The position numbers and the translations under genes were made by a program. Shown here one piece after another: positions 10,652-23,939 of a DNA stretch of 64,000 nucleotides (within the stretch, counting starts at the first letter, position 1; every line of letters starts with the position of its first letter). Source of the stretch: Eledone cirrhosa (Eukaryota); NCBI GenBank assembly GCA_964016885.1, contig OZ024741.1, positions 244,404,001 through 244,468,000 on the forward strand, written 5' to 3'. The notes beneath the pieces were generated by a model, which did not search any database, was not told the DNA's origin, and worked only from the letters and a program-made list of their open reading frames with translations.

Positions 10652-13600
10652 TGGTGGACTTCAGCTTCCTCATTTAGCATGGGCAGCTTTTCTTGAAAAT
10701 CACACCACACTCAGCAAATGTGTGTCTGCACATGTACCAGTAATTACAGATCGATCCGACCACGGGCGGTCAGCCCACGATCGAAAAGGTAACTCCGCCG
10801 GCAAATCCGCATTTTTGTGATTCGTTTCTTCGAAGCACACCATTCGCCGCCGGACTTCAGCTTCCACATTTAGCATGGGCAGCTTTTCTTGAAAATCACA
10901 CCACACTCAGCAAATGTGTGTCTGCACATGTACCAGTAATTACAGATCGATCGGACCACGGGCGGCCGGCTCACGATCGAAAAGGTAACTCCGCCGGCAA
11001 ATCCGCATTTTTGTGATTCGTTTCTTCGAAGCACACCATTCGCCGCCGGACTTCAGCTTCCTCATTTAGCATGGGCAGCTTTTCTTGAAAATCACACCAC
11101 ACTCAGTAAATGTGTGTCTGCACATGTACCAGTAATTACAGATCGATCCGCCCACGGGTGGCCGGCCCACGATCGAAAATGTAACTCCGCCGGCAAATCC
11201 GCATTTTTGTGATTCGTTTCTTCGAAGCACACCATTCGCCGCCGGACTTCAGCTTCCACATTTGGCATGTGCAGCTTTTCTTGAAAATCACACCACACAC
11301 AGCCAATCTGTGTCTGCACATGTACCAGTAATTACAGATCGATCCGACCAAGGGCGGCCGGCCCACGATCGAAAAGGTAACTCCGCCGGCAAATCCGCAT
11401 TTTTGTGATTCGTTTCTTCGAAGCACACCATTCGCCGCCGGACTTCAGCTTCCTCATTTAGCATGGGCAGCTTTTCTTGAAAATCACACCACACTCAGCA
11501 AATGTGTGTCTGCACATGTACCAGTAATTACAGATCGATCCGACCGCGGGCGGCCTGCCCACGATCAAAAAGGTAACTCCGCAGGCAAATTCGCATTTTT
11601 GTGATTCGTTTCTTCGAAGCACACCATTCGCTGGTGGACTTCAGCTTCGTCATTTAGCATGGGCAGCTTTTCTTGAAAATCACACCACACTCAGAAAATG
11701 TGTGTCTGCACATGTACCAGTAATTACAGATCGATCCGCCCACGGGTAGCCGGCTCACGATCGAAAATGTAACTCCGCCGGCAAATCCGCATTTTTGTGA
11801 TTCGTTTCTTCGAAGCACACCATTCGCCGCCGGACTTCAGCTTCCACATTTAGCATGGGCAGCTTTTCTTGAAAATCACACCACACTCAGCAAATGTGTG
11901 TCTGCACATGTACCAGTAATTACAGATCGATCCGACCACGGGCGGCCTGCCCACGATCGAAGAGGTAACTCCGCAGGCAAATTCGCATTTTTGTGATTCG
12001 TTTCTTCGAAGCACACCATTCGCTGGTGGACTTCAGCTTCCTCATTTAGCATGGGCAGCTTTTCTTGAAAATCACACCACACTCAGCAAATGTGTGTCTG
12101 CACATGTACCAGTAATTACAGATCGATCGGACCACGGGCGGCCGGCTCACGATCGAAAAGGTAACTCCGCCGGCAAATCCGCATTTTTGTGATTCGTTTC
12201 TTCGAAGCTCACCATTCGCCGCCGGACTTCAGCTTCCTCATTTAGCATGGGCAGCTTTTCTCGAAAATCACAACACACTCAGCAAATGTGTGTCTGCACA
12301 TGTACCAGTAATTACAGATCGATCCGACCTGGGGCGGCCGGCCCACGATCGAAAAGGTAACTCCGGCGGCAAATTCGCATTTTTGTGATTCGTTTCTTTG
12401 AAGCACACCATTCGCTGGTGGACTTCAGCTTCGTCATTTAGCATGGGCAGCTTTTCTTGAAAATCACACCACACTCAGAAAATGTGTGTCTGCACATGTA
12501 CCAGTAATTACAGATCGATCCGCCCACGGGTAGCCGGCTCACGATCGAAAATGTAACTCCGCCGGCAAATCCGCATTTTTGTGATTCGTTTCTTCGAAGC
12601 ACACCATTCGCCGCCGGACTTCAGCTTCCACATTTAGCATGGGCAGCTTTTCTTGAAAATCACACCACACTCAGCAAATGTGTGTCTGCACATGTACCAG
12701 TAATTACAGATCGATCGGACCACGGGCGGCCGGCTCACGATCGAAAAGGTAACTCCGCCGGCAAATCCGCATTTTTGTGATTCGTTTCTTCGAAGCACAC
12801 CATTCGCCGCCGGACTTCAGCTTCCTCATTTAGCATGGGCAGCTTTTCTTGAAAATCACACCACACTCAGCAAATGTGTGTCTGCACATGTACCAGTAAT
12901 TACAGATCGATCCGACCGCGGGCGGCCTGCCCACGATCGAAAAGGTAACTCCGCAGGCAAATTCGCATTTTTGTGATTCGTTTCTTCGAAGCACACCATT
13001 CGCCGCCGGACTTCAGCTTCCACATTTAGCATGGGCAGCTTTTCTTGAAAATCACACCACACTCAGCAAATGTGTGTCTGCACATGTACCAGTAATTACA
13101 GATCGATCCGCCCACGGGTGGCCGGCCCACGATCGAAAATGTAACTCCGCCGGCAAATCCGCATTTTTGTGATTCGTTTCTTCGAAGCACACCATTCGCC
13201 GCCGGACTTCAGCTTCCACATTTGGCATGTGCAGCTTTTCTTGAAAATCACACCACACACAGCCAATCTGTGTCTGCACATGTACCAGTAATTACAGATC
13301 GATCCGACCAAGGGCGGCCGGCCCACGATCGAAAAGGTAACTCCGCCGGCAAATCCGCATTTTTGTGATTCGTTTCTTCGAAGCACACCATTCGCCGCCG
13401 GACTTCAGCTTCCTCATTTAGCATGGGCAGCTTTTCTTGAAAATCACACCACACTCAGCAAATGTGTGTCTGCACATGTACCAGTAATTACAGATCGATC
13501 CGACCGCGGGCGGCCTGCCCACGATCGAAAAGGTAACTCCGCAGGCAAATTCGCATTTTTGTGATTCGTTTCTTCGAAGCACACCATTCGCTGGTGGACT

Positions 13601-16600
13601 TCAGCTTCGTCATTTAGCATGGGCAGCTTTTCTTGAAAATCACACCACACTCAGCAAATGTGTGTCTGCACATGTACCAGTAATTACAGATCGATCCGCC
13701 CACGGGTGGCCGGCCCACGATCGAAAATGTAACTCCGCCGGCAAATCCGCATTTTTGTGATTCGTTTCTTCGAAGCACACCATTCGCCGCCGGACTTCAG
13801 CTTCCACATTTGGCATGTGCAGCTTTTCTTGAAAATCACACCACACACAGCCAATCTGTGTCTGCACATGTACCAGTAATTACAGATCGATCCGACCAAG
13901 GGCGGCCGGCCCACGATCGAAAAGGTAACTCCGCCGGCAAATCCGCATTTTTGTGATTCGTTTCTTCGAAGCACACCATTCGCTGGTGGACTTCAGCTTC
14001 CTCATTTAGCATGGGCAGCTTTTCTTGAAAATCACACCACACTCAGCAAATGTGTGTCTGCACATGTACCAGTAATTACAGATCGATCCGACCACGGGCG
14101 GTCAGCCCACGATCGAAAAGGTAACTCCGCCGGCAAATCCGCATTTTTGTGATTCGTTTCTTCGAAGCACACCATTCGCCGCCGGACTTCAGCTTCCACA
14201 TTTAGCATGGGCAGCTTTTCTTGAAAATCACACCACACTCAGCAAATGTGTGTCTGCACATGTACCAGTAATTACAGATCGATCGGACCACGGGCGGCCG
14301 GCTCACGATCGAAAAGGTAACTCCGCCGGCAAATCCGCATTTTTGTGATTCGTTTCTTCGAAGCACACCATTCGCCGCCGGACTTCAGCTTCCTCATTTA
14401 GCATGGGCAGCTTTTCTTGAAAATCACACCACACTCAGTAAATGTGTGTCTGCACATGTACCAGTAATTACAGATCGATCCGCCCACGGGTGGCCGGCCC
14501 ACGATCGAAAATGTAACTCCGCCGGCAAATCCGCATTTTTGTGATTCGTTTCTTCGAAGCACACCATTCGCCGCCGGACTTCAGCTTCCACATTTGGCAT
14601 GTGCAGCTTTTCTTGAAAATCACACCACACACAGCCAATCTGTGTCTGCACATGTACCAGTAATTACAGATCGATCCGACCAAGGGCGGCCGGCCCACGA
14701 TCGAAAAGGTAACTCCGCCGGCAAATCCGCATTTTTGTGATTCGTTTCTTCGAAGCACACCATTCGCCGCCGGACTTCAGCTTCCTCATTTAGCATGGGC
14801 AGCTTTTCTTGAAAATCACACCACACTCAGCAAATGTGTGTCTGCACATGTACCAGTAATTACAGATCGATCCGACCGCGGGCGGCCTGCCCACGATCAA
14901 AAAGGTAACTCCGCAGGCAAATTCGCATTTTTGTGATTCGTTTCTTCGAAGCACACCATTCGCTGGTGGACTTCAGCTTCGTCATTTAGCATGGGCAGCT
15001 TTTCTTGAAAATCACACCACACTCAGAAAATGTGTGTCTGCACATGTACCAGTAATTACAGATCGATCCGCCCACGGGTAGCCGGCTCACGATCGAAAAT
15101 GTAACTCCGCCGGCAAATCCGCATTTTTGTGATTCGTTTCTTCGAAGCACACCATTCGCCGCCGGACTTCAGCTTCCACATTTAGCATGGGCAGCTTTTC
15201 TTGAAAATCACACCACACTCAGCAAATGTGTGTCTGCACATGTACCAGTAATTACAGATCGATCCGACCACGGGCGGCCTGCCCACGATCGAAAAGGTAA
15301 CTCCGCAGGCAAATTCGCATTTTTGTGATTCGTTTCTTCGAAGCACACCATTCGCTGGTGGACTTCAGCTTCCTCATTTAGCATGGGCAGCTTTTCTTGA
15401 AAATCACACCACACTCAGAAAATGTGTGTCTGCACATGTACCAGTAATTACAGATCGATCGGACCACGGGCGGCCGGCTCACGATCGAAAAGGTAACTCC
15501 GCCGGCAAATCCGCATTTTTGTGATTCGTTTCTTCGAAGCTCACCATTCGCCGCCGGACTTCAGCTTCCTCATTTAGCATGGGCAGCTTTTCTCGAAAAT
15601 CACAACACACTCAGCAAATGTGTGTCTGCACATGTACCAGTAATTACAGATCGATCCGACCTGGGGCGGCCGGCCCACGATCGAAAAGGTAACTCCGGCG
15701 GCAAATTCGCATTTTTGTGATTCGTTTCTTCGAAGCACACCATTCGCTGGTGGACTTCAGCTTCGTCATTTAGCATGGGCAGCTTTTCTTGAAAATCACA
15801 CCACACTCAGAAAATGTGTGTCTGCACAGGTACCAGTAATTACAGATCGATCCGCCCACGGGTAGCCGGCCCACGATCGAAAATGTAACTCCGCCGGCAA
15901 ATCCGCATTTTTGTGATTCGTTTCTTCGAAGCACACCATTCGCTGGTGGACTTCAGCTTCGTCATTTAGCATGGGCAGCTTTTCTTGAAAATCACACCAC
16001 ACTCAGCAAATGTGTGTCTGCACATGTACCAGTAATTACAGATCGATCCGCCCACGGGTAGCCGGCCCACGATCGAAAATGTAACTCCGCCGGCAAATCC
16101 GCATTTTTGTGATTCGTTTCTTCGAAGCACACCATTCGCCGCCGGACTTCAGCTTCCACATTTAGCATGGGCAGCTTTTCTTGAAAATCACACCACACTC
16201 AGCAAATGTGTGTCTGCACATGTACCAGTAATTACAGATCGATCCGCCCACGGGTGGCCGGCCCACGATCGAAAATGTAACTCCGCCGGCAAATCCGCAT
16301 TTTTGTGATTCGTTTCTTCGAAGCACACCATTCGCCGCCGGACTTCAGCTTCCACATTTGGCATGTGCAGCTTTTCTTGAAAATCACACCACACACAGCC
16401 AATCTGTGTCTGCACATGTACCAGTAATTACAGATCGATCCGACCAAGGGCGGCCGGCCCACGATCGAAAAGGTAACTCCGCCGGCAAATCCGCATTTTT
16501 GTGATTCGTTTCTTCGAAGCACACCATTCGCTGGTGGACTTCAGCTTCCTCATTTAGCATGGGCAGCTTTTCTTGAAAATCACACCACACTCAGCAAATG

Positions 16601-19600
16601 TGTGTCTGCACATGTACCAGTAATTACAGATCGATCCGACCACGGGCGGTCAGCCCACGATCGAAAAGGTAACTCCGCCGGCAAATCCGCATTTTTGTGA
16701 TTCGTTTCTTCGAAGCACACCATTCGCCGCCGGACTTCAGCTTCCACATTTAGCATGGGCAGCTTTTCTTGAAAATCACACCACACTCAGCAAATGTGTG
16801 TCTGCACATGTACCAGTAATTACAGATCGATCGGACCACGGGCGGCCGGCTCACGATCGAAAAGGTAACTCCGCCGGCAAATCCGCATTTTTGTGATTCG
16901 TTTCTTCGAAGCACACCATTCGCCGCCGGACTTCAGCTTCCTCATTTAGCATGGGCAGCTTTTCTTGAAAATCACACCACACTCAGTAAATGTGTGTCTG
17001 CACATGTACCAGTAATTACAGATCGATCCGCCCACGGGTGGCCGGCCCACGATCGAAAATGTAACTCCGCCGGCAAATCCGCATTTTTGTGATTCGTTTC
17101 TTCGAAGCACACCATTCGCCGCCGGACTTCAGCTTCCACATTTGGCATGTGCAGCTTTTCTTGAAAATCACACCACACACAGCCAATCTGTGTCTGCACA
17201 TGTACCAGTAATTACAGATCGATCCGACCAAGGGCGGCCGGCCCACGATCGAAAAGGTAACTCCGCCGGCAAATCCGCATTTTTGTGATTCGTTTCTTCG
17301 AAGCACACCATTCGCCGCCGGACTTCAGCTTCCTCATTTAGCATGGGCAGCTTTTCTTGAAAATCACACCACACTCAGCAAATGTGTGTCTGCACATGTA
17401 CCAGTAATTACAGATCGATCCGACCGCGGGCGGCCTGCCCACGATCAAAAAGGTAACTCCGCAGGCAAATTCGCATTTTTGTGATTCGTTTCTTCGAAGC
17501 ACACCATTCGCTGGTGGACTTCAGCTTCGTCATTTAGCATGGGCAGCTTTTCTTGAAAATCACACCACACTCAGAAAATGTGTGTCTGCACATGTACCAG
17601 TAATTACAGATCGATCCGCCCACGGGTAGCCGGCTCACGATCGAAAATGTAACTCCGCCGGCAAATCCGCATTTTTGTGATTCGTTTCTTCGAAGCACAC
17701 CATTCGCCGCCGGACTTCAGCTTCCACATTTAGCATGGGCAGCTTTTCTTGAAAATCACACCACACTCAGCAAATGTGTGTCTGCACATGTACCAGTAAT
17801 TACAGATCGATCCGACCACGGGCGGCCTGCCCACGATCGAAGAGGTAACTCCGCAGGCAAATTCGCATTTTTGTGATTCGTTTCTTCGAAGCACACCATT
17901 CGCTGGTGGACTTCAGCTTCCTCATTTAGCATGGGCAGCTTTTCTTGAAAATCACACCACACTCAGCAAATGTGTGTCTGCACATGTACCAGTAATTACA
18001 GATCGATCGGACCACGGGCGGCCGGCTCACGATCGAAAAGGTAACTCCGCCGGCAAATCCGCATTTTTGTGATTCGTTTCTTCGAAGCTCACCATTCGCC
18101 GCCGGACTTCAGCTTCCTCATTTAGCATGGGCAGCTTTTCTCGAAAATCACAACACACTCAGCAAATGTGTGTCTGCACATGTACCAGTAATTACAGATC
18201 GATCCGACCTGGGGCGGCCGGCCCACGATCGAAAAGGTAACTCCGGCGGCAAATTCGCATTTTTGTGATTCGTTTCTTTGAAGCACACCATTCGCTGGTG
18301 GACTTCAGCTTCGTCATTTAGCATGGGCAGCTTTTCTTGAAAATCACACCACACTCAGAAAATGTGTGTCTGCACATGTACCAGTAATTACAGATCGATC
18401 CGCCCACGGGTAGCCGGCTCACGATCGAAAATGTAACTCCGCCGGCAAATCCGCATTTTTGTGATTCGTTTCTTCGAAGCACACCATTCGCCGCCGGACT
18501 TCAGCTTCCACATTTAGCATGGGCAGCTTTTCTTGAAAATCACACCACACTCAGCAAATGTGTGTCTGCACATGTACCAGTAATTACAGATCGATCGGAC
18601 CACGGGCGGCCGGCTCACGATCGAAAAGGTAACTCCGCCGGCAAATCCGCATTTTTGTGATTCGTTTCTTCGAAGCACACCATTCGCCGCCGGACTTCAG
18701 CTTCCTCATTTAGCATGGGCAGCTTTTCTTGAAAATCACACCACACTCAGCAAATGTGTGTCTGCACATGTACCAGTAATTACAGATCGATCCGACCGCG
18801 GGCGGCCTGCCCACGATCGAAAAGGTAACTCCGCAGGCAAATTCGCATTTTTGTGATTCGTTTCTTCGAAGCACACCATTCGCCGCCGGACTTCAGCTTC
18901 CACATTTAGCATGGGCAGCTTTTCTTGAAAATCACACCACACTCAGCAAATGTGTGTCTGCACATGTACCAGTAATTACAGATCGATCCGCCCACGGGTG
19001 GCCGGCCCACGATCGAAAATGTAACTCCGCCGGCAAATCCGCATTTTTGTGATTCGTTTCTTCGAAGCACACCATTCGCCGCCGGACTTCAGCTTCCACA
19101 TTTGGCATGTGCAGCTTTTCTTGAAAATCACACCACACACAGCCAATCTGTGTCTGCACATGTACCAGTAATTACAGATCGATCCGACCAAGGGCGGCCG
19201 GCCCACGATCGAAAAGGTAACTCCGCCGGCAAATCCGCATTTTTGTGATTCGTTTCTTCGAAGCACACCATTCGCCGCCGGACTTCAGCTTCCTCATTTA
19301 GCATGGGCAGCTTTTCTTGAAAATCACACCACACTCAGCAAATGTGTGTCTGCACATGTACCAGTAATTACAGATCGATCCGACCGCGGGCGGCCTGCCC
19401 ACGATCGAAAAGGTAACTCCGCAGGCAAATTCGCATTTTTGTGATTCGTTTCTTCGAAGCACACCATTCGCTGGTGGACTTCAGCTTCGTCATTTAGCAT
19501 GGGCAGCTTTTCTTGAAAATCACACCACACTCAGCAAATGTGTGTCTGCACATGTACCAGTAATTACAGATCGATCCGCCCACGGGTGGCCGGCCCACGA

Positions 19601-21610
19601 TCGAAAATGTAACTCCGCCGGCAAATCCGCATTTTTGTGATTCGTTTCTTCGAAGCACACCATTCGCCGCCGGACTTCAGCTTCCACATTTGGCATGTGC
19701 AGCTTTTCTTGAAAATCACACCACACACAGCCAATCTGTGTCTGCACATGTACCAGTAATTACAGATCGATCCGACCAAGGGCGGCCGGCCCACGATCGA
19801 AAAGGTAACTCCGCCGGCAAATCCGCATTTTTGTGATTCGTTTCTTCGAAGCACACCATTCGCTGGTGGACTTCAGCTTCCTCATTTAGCATGGGCAGCT
19901 TTTCTTGAAAATCACACCACACTCAGCAAATGTGTGTCTGCACATGTACCAGTAATTACAGATCGATCCGACCACGGGCGGTCAGCCCACGATCGAAAAG
20001 GTAACTCCGCCGGCAAATCCGCATTTTTGTGATTCGTTTCTTCGAAGCACACCATTCGCCGCCGGACTTCAGCTTCCACATTTAGCATGGGCAGCTTTTC
20101 TTGAAAATCACACCACACTCAGCAAATGTGTGTCTGCACATGTACCAGTAATTACAGATCGATCGGACCACGGGCGGCCGGCTCACGATCGAAAAGGTAA
20201 CTCCGCCGGCAAATCCGCATTTTTGTGATTCGTTTCTTCGAAGCACACCATTCGCCGCCGGACTTCAGCTTCCTCATTTAGCATGGGCAGCTTTTCTTGA
20301 AAATCACACCACACTCAGTAAATGTGTGTCTGCACATGTACCAGTAATTACAGATCGATCCGCCCACGGGTGGCCGGCCCACGATCGAAAATGTAACTCC
20401 GCCGGCAAATCCGCATTTTTGTGATTCGTTTCTTCGAAGCACACCATTCGCCGCCGGACTTCAGCTTCCACATTTGGCATGTGCAGCTTTTCTTGAAAAT
20501 CACACCACACACAGCCAATCTGTGTCTGCACATGTACCAGTAATTACAGATCGATCCGACCAAGGGCGGCCGGCCCACGATCGAAAAGGTAACTCCGCCG
20601 GCAAATCCGCATTTTTGTGATTCGTTTCTTCGAAGCACACCATTCGCCGCCGGACTTCAGCTTCCTCATTTAGCATGGGCAGCTTTTCTTGAAAATCACA
20701 CCACACTCAGCAAATGTGTGTCTGCACATGTACCAGTAATTACAGATCGATCCGACCGCGGGCGGCCTGCCCACGATCAAAAAGGTAACTCCGCAGGCAA
20801 ATTCGCATTTTTGTGATTCGTTTCTTCGAAGCACACCATTCGCTGGTGGACTTCAGCTTCGTCATTTAGCATGGGCAGCTTTTCTTGAAAATCACACCAC
20901 ACTCAGAAAATGTGTGTCTGCACATGTACCAGTAATTACAGATCGATCCGCCCACGGGTAGCCGGCTCACGATCGAAAATGTAACTCCGCCGGCAAATCC
21001 GCATTTTTGTGATTCGTTTCTTCGAAGCACACCATTCGCCGCCGGACTTCAGCTTCCACATTTAGCATGGGCAGCTTTTCTTGAAAATCACACCACACTC
21101 AGCAAATGTGTGTCTGCACATGTACCAGTAATTACAGATCGATCCGACCACGGGCGGCCTGCCCACGATCGAAAAGGTAACTCCGCAGGCAAATTCGCAT
21201 TTTTGTGATTCGTTTCTTCGAAGCACACCATTCGCTGGTGGACTTCAGCTTCCTCATTTAGCATGGGCAGCTTTTCTTGAAAATCACACCACACTCAGAA
21301 AATGTGTGTCTGCACATGTACCAGTAATTACAGATCGATCGGACCACGGGCGGCCGGCTCACGATCGAAAAGGTAACTCCGCCGGCAAATCCGCATTTTT
21401 GTGATTCGTTTCTTCGAAGCTCACCATTCGCCGCCGGACTTCAGCTTCCTCATTTAGCATGGGCAGCTTTTCTCGAAAATCACAACACACTCAGCAAATG
21501 TGTGTCTGCACATGTACCAGTAATTACAGATCGATCCGACCTGGGGCGGCCGGCCCACGATCGAAAAGGTAACTCCGGCGGCAAATTCGCATTTTTGTGA
21601 TTCGTTTCTT
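9820..21610. repeat. Tandem duplication of 30 monomers (period 5880 bp): 9820-15730 matches 15700-21610
   Basis: Lines 5880 bp apart read identically wherever I compared them, including rare variants (cacaGgtacc 9949/15829, ctcagTaaa 11107/16987, gatcAaaa 11567/17447). The match breaks at 9818-9819 and at 15731/21611. The ORF track repeats at offset 5880. Confidence 0.93.
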
Positions 21611-23939
21611 TGAAGCACACCATTCGCTGGTGGACTTCAGCTTCCTCATTTAGCATGGGTAGCTTTTCTTGAAAATCACACCACACACAGCCAATGAGTG
21701 TCTGCACATGTACCAGTAATTACAGATCGATACGACCACGGACGGCCTGCCCACGATCGAAAAGGTAACTCCGCAGGCAAATTCGCATTTTTGTGATTCG
21801 TTTCTTCGAAGCACACCATTCGCTGGTGGACTTCAGCTTCGTCATTTAGCATGGGCAGCTTTTCTTGAAAATCACACCACACTCAGCAAATGTGTGTCTG
21901 CACATGTACCAGTAATTACAGATCGATCCGCCCACGGGTAGCCGGCCCACGATCGAAAATGTAACTCCGCCGGCAAATCCGCATTTTTGTGATTCGTTTC
22001 TTCGAAGCACACCATTCGCCGCCGGACTTCAGCTTCCACATTTAGCATGGGCAGCTTTTCTTGAAAATCACACCACACTCAGCAAATGTGTGTCTGCACA
22101 TGTACCAGTAATTACAGATCGATCCGCCCACGGGTGGCCGGCCCACGATCGAAAATGTAACTCCGCCGGCAAATCCGCATTTTTGTGATTCGTTTCTTCG
22201 AAGCACACCATTCGCCGCCGGACTTCAGCTTCCACATTTGGCATGTGCAGCTTTTCTTGAAAATCACACCACACACAGCCAATCTGTGTCTGCACATGTA
22301 CCAGTAATTACAGATCGATCCGACCACGGGCGGTCAGCCCACGATCGAAAAGGTAACTCCGCCGGCAAATCCGCATTTTTGTGATTCGTTTCTTCGAAGC
22401 ACACCATTCGCCGCCGGACTTCAGCTTCCACATTTAGCATGGGCAGCTTTTCTTGAAAATCACACCACACTCAGCAAATGTGTGTCAGCACATGTACCAG
22501 TAATTACAGATCGATCGGACCACGGGCGGCCGGCTCACGATCGAAAAGGTAACTCCGCCGGCAAATCCGCATTTTTGTGATTCGTTTCTTCGAAGCACAC
22601 CATTCGCCGCCGGACTTCAGCTTCCTCATTTAGCATGGGCAGCTTTTCTTGAAAATCACACCACACTCAGCAAATGTGTGTCTGCACATGTACCAGTAAT
22701 TACAGATCGATCCGACCGCGGGCGGCCTGCCCACGATCGAAAAGGTAACTCCGCAGGCAAATTCGCATTTTTGTGATTCGTTTCTTCGAAGCACACCATT
22801 CGCTGGTGGACTTCAGCTTCGTCATTTAGCATGGGCAGCTTTTCTTGAAAATCACACCACACTCAGAAAATGTGTGTCTGCACATGTACCAGTAATTACA
22901 GATCGATCCGCCCACGGGTAGCCGGCCCACGATCGAAAATGTAACTCCGCCGGCAAATCCGCATTTTTGTGATTCGTTTCTTCGAAGCACACCATTCGCC
23001 GCCGGACTTCAGCTTCCACATTTAGCATGGGCAGCTTTTCTTGAAAATCACACCACACTCAGCAAATGTGTGTCTGCACATGTACCAGTAATTACAGATC
23101 GATCGGACCACGGGCGGCCGGCTCACGATCTAAAAGGTAACTCCGCCGGCAAATCCGCATTTTTGTGATTCGTTTCTTCGAAGCACACCATTCGCCGCCG
23201 GACTTCAGCTTCCTCATTTAGCATGGGCAGCTTTTCTTGAAAATCACACCACACTCAGCAAATGTGTCTCTGCACATGTACCAGTAATTACAGATCGATC
23301 CGCCCACGGGTAGCCGGCCCACGATAGAAAATGTAACTCCGCCGGCAAATCCGCATTTTTGTGATTCGTTTCTTCGAAGCACACCATTCGCCGCCGGACT
23401 TCAGCTTCCACATTTAGCATGGGCAGCTTTTCTTGAAAATCACACCACACTCAGCAAATGTGTGTCTGCACATGTACCAGTAATTACAGATCGATCCGAC
23501 CACGGGCGGCCTGCCCACGATCGAAGAGGTAACTCCGCAGGCAAATTCGCATTTTTGTGATTCGTTTCTTCGAAGCACACCATTCGCTGGTGGACTTCAG
23601 CTTCCTCATTTAGCATGGGCAGCTTTTCTTGAAAATCACACCACACTCAGCAAATGTGTGTCTGCACATGTACCAGTAATTACAGATCGATCGGACCACG
23701 GGCGGCCGGCTCACGATCGAAAAGGTAACTCCGCCGGCAAATCCGCATTTTTGTGATTCGTTTCTTCGAAGCTCACCATTCGCCGCCGGACTTCAGCTTC
23801 CTCATTTAGCATGGGCAGCTTTTCTCGAAAATCACAACACACTCAGCAAATGTGTGTCTGCACATGTACCAGTAATTACAGATCGATCCGACCTGGGGCG
23901 GCCGGCCCACGATCGAAAAGGTAACTCCGGCGGCAAATT

